The notes under the pieces: model-generated
The model's database searches: none
Seen by the model: only the letters and a program-made list of their open reading frames with translations
What the model was told of the DNA's origin: nothing
Assembly (NCBI GenBank): GCA_963669175.1
Contig: OY769902.1
Location: 5,312,001 to 5,376,000 of the forward strand
DNA length: 64,000 nt
DNA from: a bacterium
GTDB lineage: Bacteria; Electryoneota; Electryoneia; Electryoneales; Electryoneaceae
Direction of reading: 5' to 3'
Shown here: piece after piece, positions 29,403-40,002 of the stretch
How positions within the stretch are numbered: the first letter of the stretch is position 1
How the letters are laid out: each line of letters begins with the position of its first letter
Program-made: the position numbers and the translations under genes

Positions 29403-30511
29403 CTCACCACCTCCTCTGCCGGGCGCCAATCCACTTGAAATGCACGTGCTACCGGCTCATTTGTCACCTCTCCCTTGAACAGGTTCAGGCCGGAGGTCAG
29501 GTAAGGATGACGTATCGCTTCATCCACTCCATTTTCGACAATCCGTTTTGCCAGCGGTAATACATGGTTCTGGAACGACCGTGAAGCCGTCCTCGGCACA
29601 ACCGCCGGCATGTTGGGTACACAATAGTGAATCACACCTTCATCCGTGTAAACAGGGTTTGAAATGCTCGTCGGACGGCTGGTTTCTGAGATGCCGCCCT
29701 GATCTATGCTCACATCCACCAGGACTGCGCCCGGCTTCATGCGTTGGATATGACGGCGCTTGATCCGGTGCTCGCCCGGATTATCCACAAGCACAGCGCC
29801 GATCAGGATATCGACAAAGGAAACCAGCTTGTCCAGGTTGTTATCATGAATAACTGCGGTTTGCAACTCTCTGCCAAGATGATGTACCGCATGACGCAAC
29901 GGGCTGATCTTATGATCAACCAGGATGACATGTGCGCCCAATGCCATCGCAGTATGTGCCGCCTCTGTGCCAACCACACCAGCGCCAATAATACCCACAC
30001 TGGCCGCAGGTACGCCGGGCAGTCCTTTCAGCATGATACCACGTCCACCGGCATCCACATGCAGATATTTGGCCCCAACCTGAACAGCCAGAGTGCCGGC
30101 AATCTCACTCATGGCATGGCGAATGGGATGCTCACCGCGCAGGTTGACCATATCCTCGAGGCCAACGGCAGTAATCGACCGTTCCACCAAGGTGTCAAAC
30201 ACTTCGTGACGCGCTAATGCCAACTGGAGAAAACTCAGCAGGCAAGCGCCTTCAAGCATCAAATTCGCTTCTTCAATGTTGGGCGGTAAAACTTTGATTA
30301 CCAGATCAGCTCGTCCATACGTCTCTTCAGGACTGAAGGTTATCGTCGCACCTACCGCTTCATAATGTGCATCTGTCCACCCTGCCGCCTGGCCTGCGTC
30401 ATGTTCCACATATACCGTAGCCCCGGCATCGGACAACTCACGCACACCCGCTGGGGTCAACCCGACACGACGTTCATCTACAAACTGTTCTCGTGGCACA
30501 CCCACATTCAT
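29399..30511 (-). CDS. ald: Alanine dehydrogenase-like protein (AlaDH/PNT family)
   Basis: VGVPRE..ERRVGLTP, MSEIAG, IIGAGVVG, VDVSIDQGG..ETSRPT, HYCVPNMP; AGGAGG RBS; catalytic residues atypical. Confidence 0.75.
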   Translation of the reverse strand: MNVGVPREQFVDERRVGLTPAGVRELSDAGATVYVEHDAGQAAGWTDAHYEAVGATITFSPEETYGRADLVIKVLPPNIEEANLMLEGACLLSFLQLALARHEVFDTLVERSITAVGLEDMVNLRGEHPIRHAMSEIAGTLAVQVGAKYLHVDAGGRGIMLKGLPGVPAASVGIIGAGVVGTEAAHTAMALGAHVILVDHKISPLRHAVHHLGRELQTAVIHDNNLDKLVSFVDILIGAVLVDNPGEHRIKRRHIQRMKPGAVLVDVSIDQGGISETSRPTSISNPVYTDEGVIHYCVPNMPAVVPRTASRSFQNHVLPLAKRIVENGVDEAIRHPYLTSGLNLFKGEVTNEPVARAFQVDWRPAEEVVR

Positions 30512-30756
30512 GGGGTCGGTCCTCCTGTGGTTCTTGTATTGTGCTCGGAAGGTACGCTCAAAATACCGGCAGGGCAAAGGAATCCAACACATTGAAAAAG
30601 CAGAGTACCCAGGTCGGAGATCCCGGACTTCCTCCTTTATGTTTAATTTTTACAACAACCTGAACTTGGGCAGCCTTAATCGTGGATGTGCTGACCTTCA
30701 GGTAAAAATATAGACTTGTACATCCAACTTTACGATATTGCTTTGACAATGTTCAC

Positions 30757-31143
30757 TTGGCTGAAAACAGGAGCAACCTCGTGCATAACTACCGTGATGA
30801 TTTACTGGATTATTTTGAGGAGAAATTTATCCGTGATCCTGTCCTCCTGCGCAGCCAGATGATGGGACACCCGGGATTCAAATTCTCTCATAACAACAAG
30901 TTTCTTCTGTTCTGTTATGAAGACGGAATCGTGATAAAACTTCCGCCGGAGAAATATGAACTTGTTTTGGAGCGTGATGATGTCACTCCCTTCATGCCCG
31001 GCAATGACAAACGACCGATGAGTACCTGGATTGTCTGGAGTGTTCCGGAACCGGCAGATTATGAAAAGGATTGGCAGATTATTACATGGGCTTACGATTA
31101 TACTGCAACCGAAGCGCCGAATAAAAAGCGAAAAGGAAAATGA
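30757..31143 (+). CDS. Small hypothetical protein, TfoX-N/YjbR-like
   Basis: MMGHPGF..NNKF..GIVIKLP..PFMP..RPMSTWI pattern. Confidence 0.55.
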   Translation: MAENRSNLVHNYRDDLLDYFEEKFIRDPVLLRSQMMGHPGFKFSHNNKFLLFCYEDGIVIKLPPEKYELVLERDDVTPFMPGNDKRPMSTWIVWSVPEPADYEKDWQIITWAYDYTATEAPNKKRKGK

Positions 31144-31242
31144 ATTGCAATGATTGCGAACAACTACTCCCCGAGGCGGGGTGAGTTTTGTATATTTAAT
31201 ATTCACGCGGTGGGCGCGTCATTCTGGATTAAGGCTGGCATC

Positions 31243-32262
31243 ATGTTACGACTTTCATGTGTGGTTGCTTTGCTTGGAATACTGGCAGTGTGCGCGTTTG
31301 CCCAGGATTCCGGCATTGTAGATGACGTGGACCCTGATCGCCGTGTGATCGCAGTGCTTGACCTCGATATGTCTTCCGGTGTCCCCGAAAGCTACCAGCG
31401 TCCCCTTTCCGACAGGCTCAGGCAGGAACTCTTCAATACCGGCTCGTATACTGTGGTCGAACGTAATTCCATGAAAGAAATCATGGATGAGCAGGGACTG
31501 CAGATGAGTGGTTGCACCTCCAATGAGTGCGCGATTGAGGTGGGCCGCTTGCTGGGCGTCAAGTGGATCATCGCCGGATCGCTGGGAAAAGTAGGGCAGA
31601 CCTATACAATCAGCCTGCGAATGATCGATGTGGAAACGTCCGAAATCCTGAAGGCGGAAAGTGTTGACTGTCCCTGCAGTATTGATGACGTCCTGACCTC
31701 CACCCTGCGACGAGCTGCTCTCGCAATGGCGGATATGTCGGACAAGGAGTATGTCGCGCCGGACGATTTCGAAAGCGATGATGAGGACTATACTAAACCC
31801 ACCTGGAAATGGTGGTCACGCGCCGCCCGTGGGGATATTGTAACCACCCCGGAACTGGACCGTAACTACGGTTTCCTGGCCCTGAAAGCAGGCGGCGAAA
31901 GATATGGAATACGCGGAGGGTGGCTGCGTGAATCCGGGGCATGTGTGGCGATTGAAGTCAGCGCCGGTGAGACACCCAAACCTGCGCTGCTGGCGGTGAC
32001 CGTAAGCAAACGCTGGTTCGATTTCAAAGGCATTTCCTACGCGCCGCAAATCGGTATCGGATACGATTTTTATAACGCCGGACCGGTACTCAGGTACAAC
32101 TTCTTTGCTTTCGAGTTCGACCTTTCCCAAAGCACCTATATCCGCCTGGGCGTAGATCATGATGACCTGCTGGGAAGAGTAAAAGAATCCTCCAAAAACT
32201 CCGATGATGAGGACGACTCGCACTGGAGTGACTGGATGATACAGTTCGGGTGGAAATTTTAA
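31243..32262 (+). CDS. Secreted protein with N-terminal CsgG/HfaB-like domain and beta-rich C-terminus
   Basis: Signal peptide; IAVLDL..VVERN..EQGLQMSGC..CAIEVGRLLG..GSLGKVG..RMIDVET; ends with an aromatic residue (FGWKF). Confidence 0.7.
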   Translation: MLRLSCVVALLGILAVCAFAQDSGIVDDVDPDRRVIAVLDLDMSSGVPESYQRPLSDRLRQELFNTGSYTVVERNSMKEIMDEQGLQMSGCTSNECAIEVGRLLGVKWIIAGSLGKVGQTYTISLRMIDVETSEILKAESVDCPCSIDDVLTSTLRRAALAMADMSDKEYVAPDDFESDDEDYTKPTWKWWSRAARGDIVTTPELDRNYGFLALKAGGERYGIRGGWLRESGACVAIEVSAGETPKPALLAVTVSKRWFDFKGISYAPQIGIGYDFYNAGPVLRYNFFAFEFDLSQSTYIRLGVDHDDLLGRVKESSKNSDDEDDSHWSDWMIQFGWKF

Positions 32263-32355
32263 GAATTTTATTAACAATGACTTAGAATTTGTTTTTCTTT
32301 TGCCTACTAATCGCTTTATCTTACTACTTATATTTGACAAGACTAAGGAGCACAA

Positions 32356-35300
32356 ATGTCCAGACCATACTTCAAAAGTAAGATTGAGGAATTGGAAAAG
32401 TTATTTTGCGACTTTGATGACAATCTGGTTGTTTTAGACGAATTACATGAGGAGTTAATTCATCGTAACACCCTGCGTTCAAAGGAGTTATATGACAAAG
32501 TCAGAGAAAGATATGCATTACTTATAAAGCAGAGTGATAATGAAAATAACTCCTCTATTATTACTGTTATGAATAAGACAGTAACTGATTCTTCTCTGAA
32601 AACAAAATTTCCAGGAGAGATGATGAGCGATATGAGCACTATTCATACTAATAATAAGCAATTGGATAAGGACAAACAGCTTATTATAGATAAAATAGAG
32701 GCACTACGCCCTAAATTACTCGATTTTAGTAGACGTAACCCATTGATATCTACAAACCATAGTCCGAGATCTGCTTCTTTTGTAAGGGTTGTTGACGAGT
32801 TGCCTGATGTGTTATTATTCAAACTTAGCAACAATGAAAGAATGTATTTTGATCCACTTCCTCCCTTAGATATTGATCCTCTTGATGAGAACAGCGAAGA
32901 ATTTCAGCATGCTTTATCTGAAGCGCATCTATTGGATGAAGAATATTTGAAGGCTTTGGAGGGTATTGATCCAACAGAAGAAAATGCAGCTATTGTTGAG
33001 CGCGAAGCAGAAAGAAGTTTGCGTGATCGACTTCGTGATAAACTTGGAATGGCACCGCGGCAAAAGAAGCATGATGTTCGTCTTGACCAACACGCAAAAA
33101 ACAATGGTATTTCACCTTCTTATGATCTTCCCAAACCCGTACCTGATGGAAAAGATGAGGAGCGCCATTTAGACGATGCAATACAAACACTATTGTTGCC
33201 AAATAAACTTGAGCGAAATGCCAAAGGCATCATTTCAAAAGCACGTACCTGGCAGCAAGAGACAGGCCTTAATGTGTTACATGCTGCAATTGGATTCCTT
33301 GAATGGACTGATCCAAATAATGAAAAGGTTTCAATTGCCCCACTTGTACTAATGCCCATTTTAATGACGCAGAAGCAGACAAGACAGGGCCCCAAAATAT
33401 GGGTCGAGGGTACTGGTGATCTCGCAGAAACCAACTATGTACTTACAGAGTTCTTTAAGCGCAATTTTTCATTGAACTTGCCGCCTTATGAAAAAGGATC
33501 AATTGAAGACTATATGGAACTCTTGGAGCAAAACCCGCTTTCAAAACTTAGGACACGCATTCGACGATTTGTAACCTTTGGCGTTTTCCCATCTGCCAGG
33601 ATGGCATTATTTCATGATTTAGACACCAGTAATCCCAATTTTTCTGTCAACAATATTGTTGACCAACTTCTATTAGGAGTCCCTGCGACAGCTACGACAC
33701 CTTTTGCTGAAGACTACGATGTGGATGAGCCAAAAATTGAATCAAAGGTGCCTCTTTTAGTTGCCGATGCAGATTCGTCACAATTCAGTGCCTTGGTTGA
33801 CATTGCGGATGGAAAAAACCTAGCTATTGAAGGGCCTCCCGGTACAGGAAAATCTCAGACCATTTTAAATGCTATTGCAACAGCGCTGTCCGATGGTAAA
33901 AAAGTACTTTTTGTTGCTGAGAAACTTGCGGCGCTTGAGGTAGTGAGATCCCGACTTGAGGACGTCGGCCTTGGGGAATATGTCCTACCACTTTTAGCTG
34001 ATCGTTCCTCACGTGAACAAATTATCAAATCTTTAAAAACACGAGTTAGTATGAATGATAGTGATTCTTCTGAAAATCTAAGTCTTTATAAATCACAGTT
34101 TTTAAAAGCTCGTGATGAAATTTCCGAATACATTGATATCCTTTCTCGACAATGGGCAGGAACCGATTTTCAAGTGTACCAAATTTTGGGAAGAGCAATC
34201 AATACACGAGACATCTTGGTTGATTTGCCAGATTGCATAAAAAAGCCACGTCCTATTCGTAATGGCATATTCTCACAAAATGATATTTCTCAACTTCACG
34301 AATTGGCGAATATCTTTCAGGATTGTATTCAAAACACAAAGAACACACATCCACTTTGGAATTATGTTGGCATTGAATACAACGATCCCTACTTAATTAA
34401 TGAGATATTAACCGATTTACAATTACTAGCAAGTTCCTATTTAGAGTTGAATTCCCTGAAAGATAAGCTTTTAGAAATGTGTTTACCTGACAATATTTCC
34501 ACAGAGGCATTAGTTAATATATATAATATTATTATTGCTATTATTAGCTATAGCGAGCATTACAATATTGACATAATCACTACTATTGTTAGCAATAATT
34601 ATCAGCGCCCATTATTTACTTATTACGACAATATCGTATCATTATCTTCTATCCATGATCAGCTTGCCAGTGTCATTAATTGCAATATCGACAATACATT
34701 GTTAGACTATCTCAATAACATAATTTCATATGCTTCCTTGTTTAATTTTTCCCATATTAATAGTAATAATATTGATTTTCTGCTAAATGATTTAAAACAT
34801 CGTATCAATTCATTAGAATACTATTTAAATTATTTACAGCCATTGGTAGAGAATACTCCCTTATTATCAAATGTTAGTATAAATATATTAACAGATATTG
34901 GTAATATTATCAACAAATATTCTGATATAGTTCTTATTAATGAAAATGTTATAATCTCTGATGCAAATAATCGCATTTTCTTGGAGAACTCGATAAAATA
35001 TATTCGACATTACAGACAGGAATATCTTGATTTAATGCAACTATTTACGCTTGACTCGCTTGATAATAACTATCCAGTTAATGAGATTCTTTGCGATATT
35101 AAAAATGCTGGCATATTTTCATTATTTTCATCCAAGTACAGAAATAGCAAACAATTATATAATAGCATAAGTAAAAGAAATGTATTTAATAAAACTGATG
35201 CAACAAATGACTTGCAGAAATTGTCCGATTGGAAGTCAAAAAATGAGAAGTATGATAATATTATCTCTGAAACAATGAGTAGACTCAAGTTAGGCAGAGA

Positions 35301-38070
35301 TATCGTCGAACAACCCAATAGCCTTTCAGAGCTTCTAAGATATAATCAAGACATTGAAGAAGTTTATCCTAAAATTCGAAATATTCAGATTCATACACTT
35401 TTAGATACTGCACCAGTAGAGGTATTGAGGGAATTGTCCTCACTTACCGAGTCTGAGGAAGATGTATCTTTTTCCGAACTTGAGGAACTGATCAATAATC
35501 TATACGGAAAAATGAATTCATTGGAAATGCTATACCAACTTACAACTAATATAGGAATGTATTTCAAGAATAGTTCAAACATACCTATTAATGATATCAG
35601 GGAGACTGCTGTTAAGGTTAGTGAATATATAGAACTACAGAACAGTATCGATAATTGTAATGTGGCAAGTATTTTAAAGAAACAATATGATGACATAGTA
35701 TATAGTAATGATATACTTAAGAAAGTAGTAGAAATAACCATAATGATTACTTCTAATGATCATAAGGACACTATAACATATTTATTGAAATGGGGAAAAG
35801 GTAGAATAAAAGAATGTAAAGAATTAATAAACAAATATAACAACATTATAAGCGAAATAGATATTATTCAAAATAACATAAGTAGAAATGCTATACTATC
35901 CGATAAATGGCATGCAAATGTCATCGCAAATACACCTTTAGAACAATACTATAAATCTGCCAGCAATGATAAAACTGGTTTAATAAGTAAAATAAACTTA
36001 AACAATATCATAAAGGAGTTGGAAGAATATGGCTTAAAAGAAGAAATACAAGCCATATTAAACTGCAATGACATTATAGATATTCCTAAAATTTTTGAGG
36101 CTATGTTATATCAAATTATGGCACGTGAAGTCTATCAAAAATATGGAAATCGCCTGTCTTATTATAATGGTATGAGATTAACAGACCTTAGAAAAAAGGT
36201 TGCCCAATTAGATAAGAAAATCATTAAGCTAGAAAAAAAAGAACTTAGAATGAAATTAAAAAATGAAGCCTGTCCTCCGCCAGGGATTGGCAGGGGGAGA
36301 AAATCTGATTACACGGAGATGTCATTAATTCACCATGAAGTACAAAAGAAAAAGAGATATATCCCTGTAAGGGATTTAGTTCACAGAGCGGGAAAAAGCT
36401 TACTGGAATTGAAACCCTGTTGGATGATGTCACCTCTTGCTATTGCACAATATCTTGCGAAAGGCGAGCTGAATTTTGACTTGTGTATTATTGACGAAGC
36501 ATCACAGATGCCTCCAGAAGATGCAATTGGTGCATTATTGCGTTCAAATAGAGCTGTTATTGTTGGCGATACAAATCAACTTCCACCAACAAATTTTTTT
36601 AGAAAGATGTACGACGAGGAAGAGGAGGAGGAAGAGGATCTCGCAACCCTGGAGGAGTCAATTCTTCAGATGGCAAACAATGTCTTTTATCCTGCACGGC
36701 GCCTAAAATGGCACTATCGATCACGTCACTCCAGCCTTATTAACTTTTCTAATAGACTGGTATATGACGATGAACTAGTTGTTTTCCCTTCTGCAAATGA
36801 ATCAGTGAAAAATATGGGGGTTTTCCTTATTGAAACAGAAGGGCTTTATAGTACAGGCACAAATCCGAAAGAGGCTGATACTATAGTTAATTACACACTT
36901 GAGCACATGCACAATGATTCAGAACGGTCCCTCGGAATTGTAACAATGAACCAAAAACAGCGTGATCTTCTTATTGAAAAAATGGAATACTCTATTTCAC
37001 GAGACAAGAAAGCACAAAAATATATCCAACAGTGGAGAGAAAAAGACGGTGGCCTGTACGAGTTCTTCATTAAGAACTTAGAAAATGTTCAAGGTGATGA
37101 GCGCGATGTAATTTTCATAGGCACTGTTTTTGGTCCCCCTAGAAAGGGAGCCCCCTTTGTTCAGCGATTTGGACCAATAAATGGAATTGCAGGAAAGCGA
37201 AGGCTAAATGTACTATTTTCACGTGCCCGCGAAAAAACAGTCACCTTTACGTCACTAAATGCCGCACAAATAGCTGTAGATGAAAATGCTAACCCTGGTG
37301 TCTATATGCTTAGGCGATGGTTAGAATATTCAAAAACAAGGCAGCTTGATGGAGGAACAGTTGGAAAACAACAAGCAGATTCGCCACTTGAAGAGTACGT
37401 CGCTGATCAAATCAAGAGTTTGGGACTAGAAGTTGAACATCAAGTCGGTGTGGCAGGATATTTCATTGATTTAGGATTAAGACACCCTGAATGGCCTTAT
37501 GGTTTTTTATTAGGAGTAGAATGTGATGGTGCCTCCTATCACTCTTCAAAATCTGCACGAGATCGGGATAGACTCAGGCAAGAAGTATTGGAAGATCGAG
37601 GATGGGTCCTTCACAGGATATGGTCAACTGATTGGTTTTTGGATCATAAAGCAGAAATTGCAAGGCTAAGAGTCGTCATTGACAAAAGACTAAGCGAATT
37701 GAAGAAAATCGAAAATGAATTTCTATATAAACCGGTAGTGCCAGAAGAGCCCGATGAATTTGAATTTGTTGAAGAAGAAAGAGAGGTGGATACTCTATTT
37801 GATGAGAGCATATTGGAACAAGCGAATGAGGAGGAATCAGAGGACATCGGTATTAGTACAGGTTACACTGTTCGTGTAAAATACATTGGATCAGAACTTC
37901 CAGATTATAAGTTTACTATTATTAAAGGACTGACCAACAAAGATAAAAACCTAGTCAATGTTGATGCCCCCATTTGCCGAGCAGTACTCGGAAGAGAGAT
38001 TGGTGATGAGGTGCAGATACCTTTACGTGATAGACTTGTACCTGTTAGAATCGAATCAGCAACTGTATAA
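32356..38070 (+). CDS. DUF4011 / SF1 (Upf1-like) helicase / Vsr-like (MTES_1575) nuclease protein with C-terminal GreA/B-like domain; Hhe-type defence candidate
   Basis: KLLDFSRRNPLI, ADSSQ, EGPPGTGKSQTI, VAEKLAAL, PCWMMSPL, IIDEASQ, GDTNQLPP, HYRSRH, NLENVQGDERD, RRLNV, FIDLG..GVECDGASYHS..RDRDRLRQ..HRIWSTDW, APICRAVLGREIGDEV; markedly AT-rich. Confidence 0.88.
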   Translation: MSRPYFKSKIEELEKLFCDFDDNLVVLDELHEELIHRNTLRSKELYDKVRERYALLIKQSDNENNSSIITVMNKTVTDSSLKTKFPGEMMSDMSTIHTNNKQLDKDKQLIIDKIEALRPKLLDFSRRNPLISTNHSPRSASFVRVVDELPDVLLFKLSNNERMYFDPLPPLDIDPLDENSEEFQHALSEAHLLDEEYLKALEGIDPTEENAAIVEREAERSLRDRLRDKLGMAPRQKKHDVRLDQHAKNNGISPSYDLPKPVPDGKDEERHLDDAIQTLLLPNKLERNAKGIISKARTWQQETGLNVLHAAIGFLEWTDPNNEKVSIAPLVLMPILMTQKQTRQGPKIWVEGTGDLAETNYVLTEFFKRNFSLNLPPYEKGSIEDYMELLEQNPLSKLRTRIRRFVTFGVFPSARMALFHDLDTSNPNFSVNNIVDQLLLGVPATATTPFAEDYDVDEPKIESKVPLLVADADSSQFSALVDIADGKNLAIEGPPGTGKSQTILNAIATALSDGKKVLFVAEKLAALEVVRSRLEDVGLGEYVLPLLADRSSREQIIKSLKTRVSMNDSDSSENLSLYKSQFLKARDEISEYIDILSRQWAGTDFQVYQILGRAINTRDILVDLPDCIKKPRPIRNGIFSQNDISQLHELANIFQDCIQNTKNTHPLWNYVGIEYNDPYLINEILTDLQLLASSYLELNSLKDKLLEMCLPDNISTEALVNIYNIIIAIISYSEHYNIDIITTIVSNNYQRPLFTYYDNIVSLSSIHDQLASVINCNIDNTLLDYLNNIISYASLFNFSHINSNNIDFLLNDLKHRINSLEYYLNYLQPLVENTPLLSNVSINILTDIGNIINKYSDIVLINENVIISDANNRIFLENSIKYIRHYRQEYLDLMQLFTLDSLDNNYPVNEILCDIKNAGIFSLFSSKYRNSKQLYNSISKRNVFNKTDATNDLQKLSDWKSKNEKYDNIISETMSRLKLGRDIVEQPNSLSELLRYNQDIEEVYPKIRNIQIHTLLDTAPVEVLRELSSLTESEEDVSFSELEELINNLYGKMNSLEMLYQLTTNIGMYFKNSSNIPINDIRETAVKVSEYIELQNSIDNCNVASILKKQYDDIVYSNDILKKVVEITIMITSNDHKDTITYLLKWGKGRIKECKELINKYNNIISEIDIIQNNISRNAILSDKWHANVIANTPLEQYYKSASNDKTGLISKINLNNIIKELEEYGLKEEIQAILNCNDIIDIPKIFEAMLYQIMAREVYQKYGNRLSYYNGMRLTDLRKKVAQLDKKIIKLEKKELRMKLKNEACPPPGIGRGRKSDYTEMSLIHHEVQKKKRYIPVRDLVHRAGKSLLELKPCWMMSPLAIAQYLAKGELNFDLCIIDEASQMPPEDAIGALLRSNRAVIVGDTNQLPPTNFFRKMYDEEEEEEEDLATLEESILQMANNVFYPARRLKWHYRSRHSSLINFSNRLVYDDELVVFPSANESVKNMGVFLIETEGLYSTGTNPKEADTIVNYTLEHMHNDSERSLGIVTMNQKQRDLLIEKMEYSISRDKKAQKYIQQWREKDGGLYEFFIKNLENVQGDERDVIFIGTVFGPPRKGAPFVQRFGPINGIAGKRRLNVLFSRAREKTVTFTSLNAAQIAVDENANPGVYMLRRWLEYSKTRQLDGGTVGKQQADSPLEEYVADQIKSLGLEVEHQVGVAGYFIDLGLRHPEWPYGFLLGVECDGASYHSSKSARDRDRLRQEVLEDRGWVLHRIWSTDWFLDHKAEIARLRVVIDKRLSELKKIENEFLYKPVVPEEPDEFEFVEEEREVDTLFDESILEQANEEESEDIGISTGYTVRVKYIGSELPDYKFTIIKGLTNKDKNLVNVDAPICRAVLGREIGDEVQIPLRDRLVPVRIESATV

Positions 38071-38090
38071 ACAGAATACAAACAAGATTG

Positions 38091-38516
38091 TCAGGGCATT
38101 TCTACTCCATTCCTGATTGCCGCCCGCCTGATCAGGACAATCGCCTGGCGCACCGGCTCACGCAATTGCGGTGACGGATCTTCCGCGTAAACCCGCAATA
38201 CCGGGAGATGCGGAACGATACCGTCGGGGATTACCTGTGCGATATGCCCCAGCGCCAGGGCGGCATTGGGACAATTGTTGCCGGATTCTTCGTTCAGCAT
38301 CCACATCAGGCGACGGGCATGATCCAGCATGGTTTCACGATCCAACACCTTCGCTGCAATCTGGTACGCTTCCAACGTGGCTTCCAGCTTCATTTCACCG
38401 GTCTCGTGCAAGCGTGACATCAGCTTACGCAAACGCCCTGGACGTTCATCCAGCAGACGTCCGATTTCCGGGTAGTTCCGGTCATTTATCGCCGCATCAA
38501 GTATATCGCGTTCCAT
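38091..38516 (-). CDS. Small HEAT-like hypothetical protein
   Basis: RRLMWMLNEESG..ALALGHI helical repeat pattern; GAGGA RBS. Confidence 0.65.
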   Translation of the reverse strand: MERDILDAAINDRNYPEIGRLLDERPGRLRKLMSRLHETGEMKLEATLEAYQIAAKVLDRETMLDHARRLMWMLNEESGNNCPNAALALGHIAQVIPDGIVPHLPVLRVYAEDPSPQLREPVRQAIVLIRRAAIRNGVEMP

Positions 38517-38534
38517 GTGTCTATCCTCTTCGTT

Positions 38535-39860
38535 TCACTGTTTCGCTGCATGACGGCCAGCCACTCGCCCGGCTCGCGCCGCCGACTCCATTGTAGCAGG
38601 CAGCCCGGTCGCCGACCAGTCGCTGGCGTAGTAGAAGCCTTCCGCCTGGAGCAGGCGCGGACGTCTCAACCCCGGTTTCAGGGATGGTGTCGCATGGATG
38701 TACGGCCTGATCTCGACGTCACCAACCGGATCATCGCTGGTGAAGTACTTACGTGTGAGATCCAGAAACTCACGTTTCATCGCTTCACGATCCACCGTCA
38801 CCGAACTGTCCAGCCCGCTCACGATCCGTTCCAATTGCACACCGCCCTCAGGGTGCGACTCGGCGAACCAGGCAGGGTCCTCGTCGCTCAGTTCCGCCAT
38901 GGGGCCGGGTTCGACATCCAGGTGATTGTACCGGGCACGGCAAGTCACAATCGTCCCCCCCTCAACTTTGCCCATCGCCGTCGCGTCCGTTAGATGCTGC
39001 AACGGTTCACAGGTTGCCAGCATTCCCAGGCGATTAAACGGAGCCGTAAGGATGATGCGATCAAATGCCTGTTCCGTTTCACCCGCTTTTACAAACCATT
39101 TCCCGTCTCTGGGAATAATTTCGGACACCAGTGTCCGTAAATAAACCTGTACCCCTTTTTCCTTCAATTTCCCCGGCGCTGCATCCGAAAGCAAAGCCCC
39201 CGGATTACCGATACTCCAGCCCGCTTCCTTGGGATTTGCTGACATGGTGCGTTTCAGGACGACTAAAAACGGGGCGCTGGCGGTATCGAGATGGGAAAGG
39301 TTGAAGATGGAACGCGCCAGGGGACGTCCGATCCGGCGTTGGAACTCTTTCGGCCAGCGTGTTGTCTCGAACAGTTCCTGTATGTTTCCTTCAGGGATGG
39401 TGACAAACGGTTGTGTAGCGTCGCCGGCCAGGTCGTCATCGTCCGGTTCCGGGGCAGCCAGTTTTACAGCGCGCAACATGCTGAACAAAGATTCTGTACG
39501 TGTCCCGAAAGGAAGCAGGTCAGATCCCAGTAACGAGGTCACCGTAGCCAGGGGACCGAGGGTCGGATGTTGAAAATGCCAGAAAGGCCGGCCTTTCTCC
39601 AGCAGTACACCAAGAGCCAGCGGTTTCATGACCAGGTGCTGACGTGTTCCCAGTTGATCCAGCAACCAGAGGAAGTCGGTATAGGCGCTGGTCGCAAGGT
39701 GACGTCCTGTCTCCCACGTCTTCCCGCCACCGGCACGCCCGCCCAGGTGCTGCATCGCTTCGAACAGGGTAACGTCCGCGCCATGCTCCCTGGCCTCCAG
39801 CGCCGCACACAACCCGGCAATTCCACCGCCAACGATTCCTATTGTAACTGGTTTTTCCAT
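38535..39860 (-). CDS. FAD-dependent oxidoreductase (amine oxidase/HpnE-like)
   Basis: IVGGGIAGLCAA, LFEA..LGGRA, C-term DWSATGLPATMESAARAG. Confidence 0.8.
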   Translation of the reverse strand: MEKPVTIGIVGGGIAGLCAALEAREHGADVTLFEAMQHLGGRAGGGKTWETGRHLATSAYTDFLWLLDQLGTRQHLVMKPLALGVLLEKGRPFWHFQHPTLGPLATVTSLLGSDLLPFGTRTESLFSMLRAVKLAAPEPDDDDLAGDATQPFVTIPEGNIQELFETTRWPKEFQRRIGRPLARSIFNLSHLDTASAPFLVVLKRTMSANPKEAGWSIGNPGALLSDAAPGKLKEKGVQVYLRTLVSEIIPRDGKWFVKAGETEQAFDRIILTAPFNRLGMLATCEPLQHLTDATAMGKVEGGTIVTCRARYNHLDVEPGPMAELSDEDPAWFAESHPEGGVQLERIVSGLDSSVTVDREAMKREFLDLTRKYFTSDDPVGDVEIRPYIHATPSLKPGLRRPRLLQAEGFYYASDWSATGLPATMESAARAGRVAGRHAAKQ

Positions 39861-40002
39861 CCTTGTTCCGTCTGAAGTCAAGCCCATGACAAAGTAGGAA
39901 AACACGAACGGCAACGGTAGACTATTCGACTAGAATTTTTCTATATGATAGCCCGGCTACCTGTGCGTCTTCTAGTGTATGCCAGGCCGGAGAAATTCCC
40001 AT

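Noticed and set aside
38535-39860. Hopanoid/squalene gene cluster
   Set aside because: Only an HpnE-like oxidoreductase is present; no hpnC/hpnD/shc nearby
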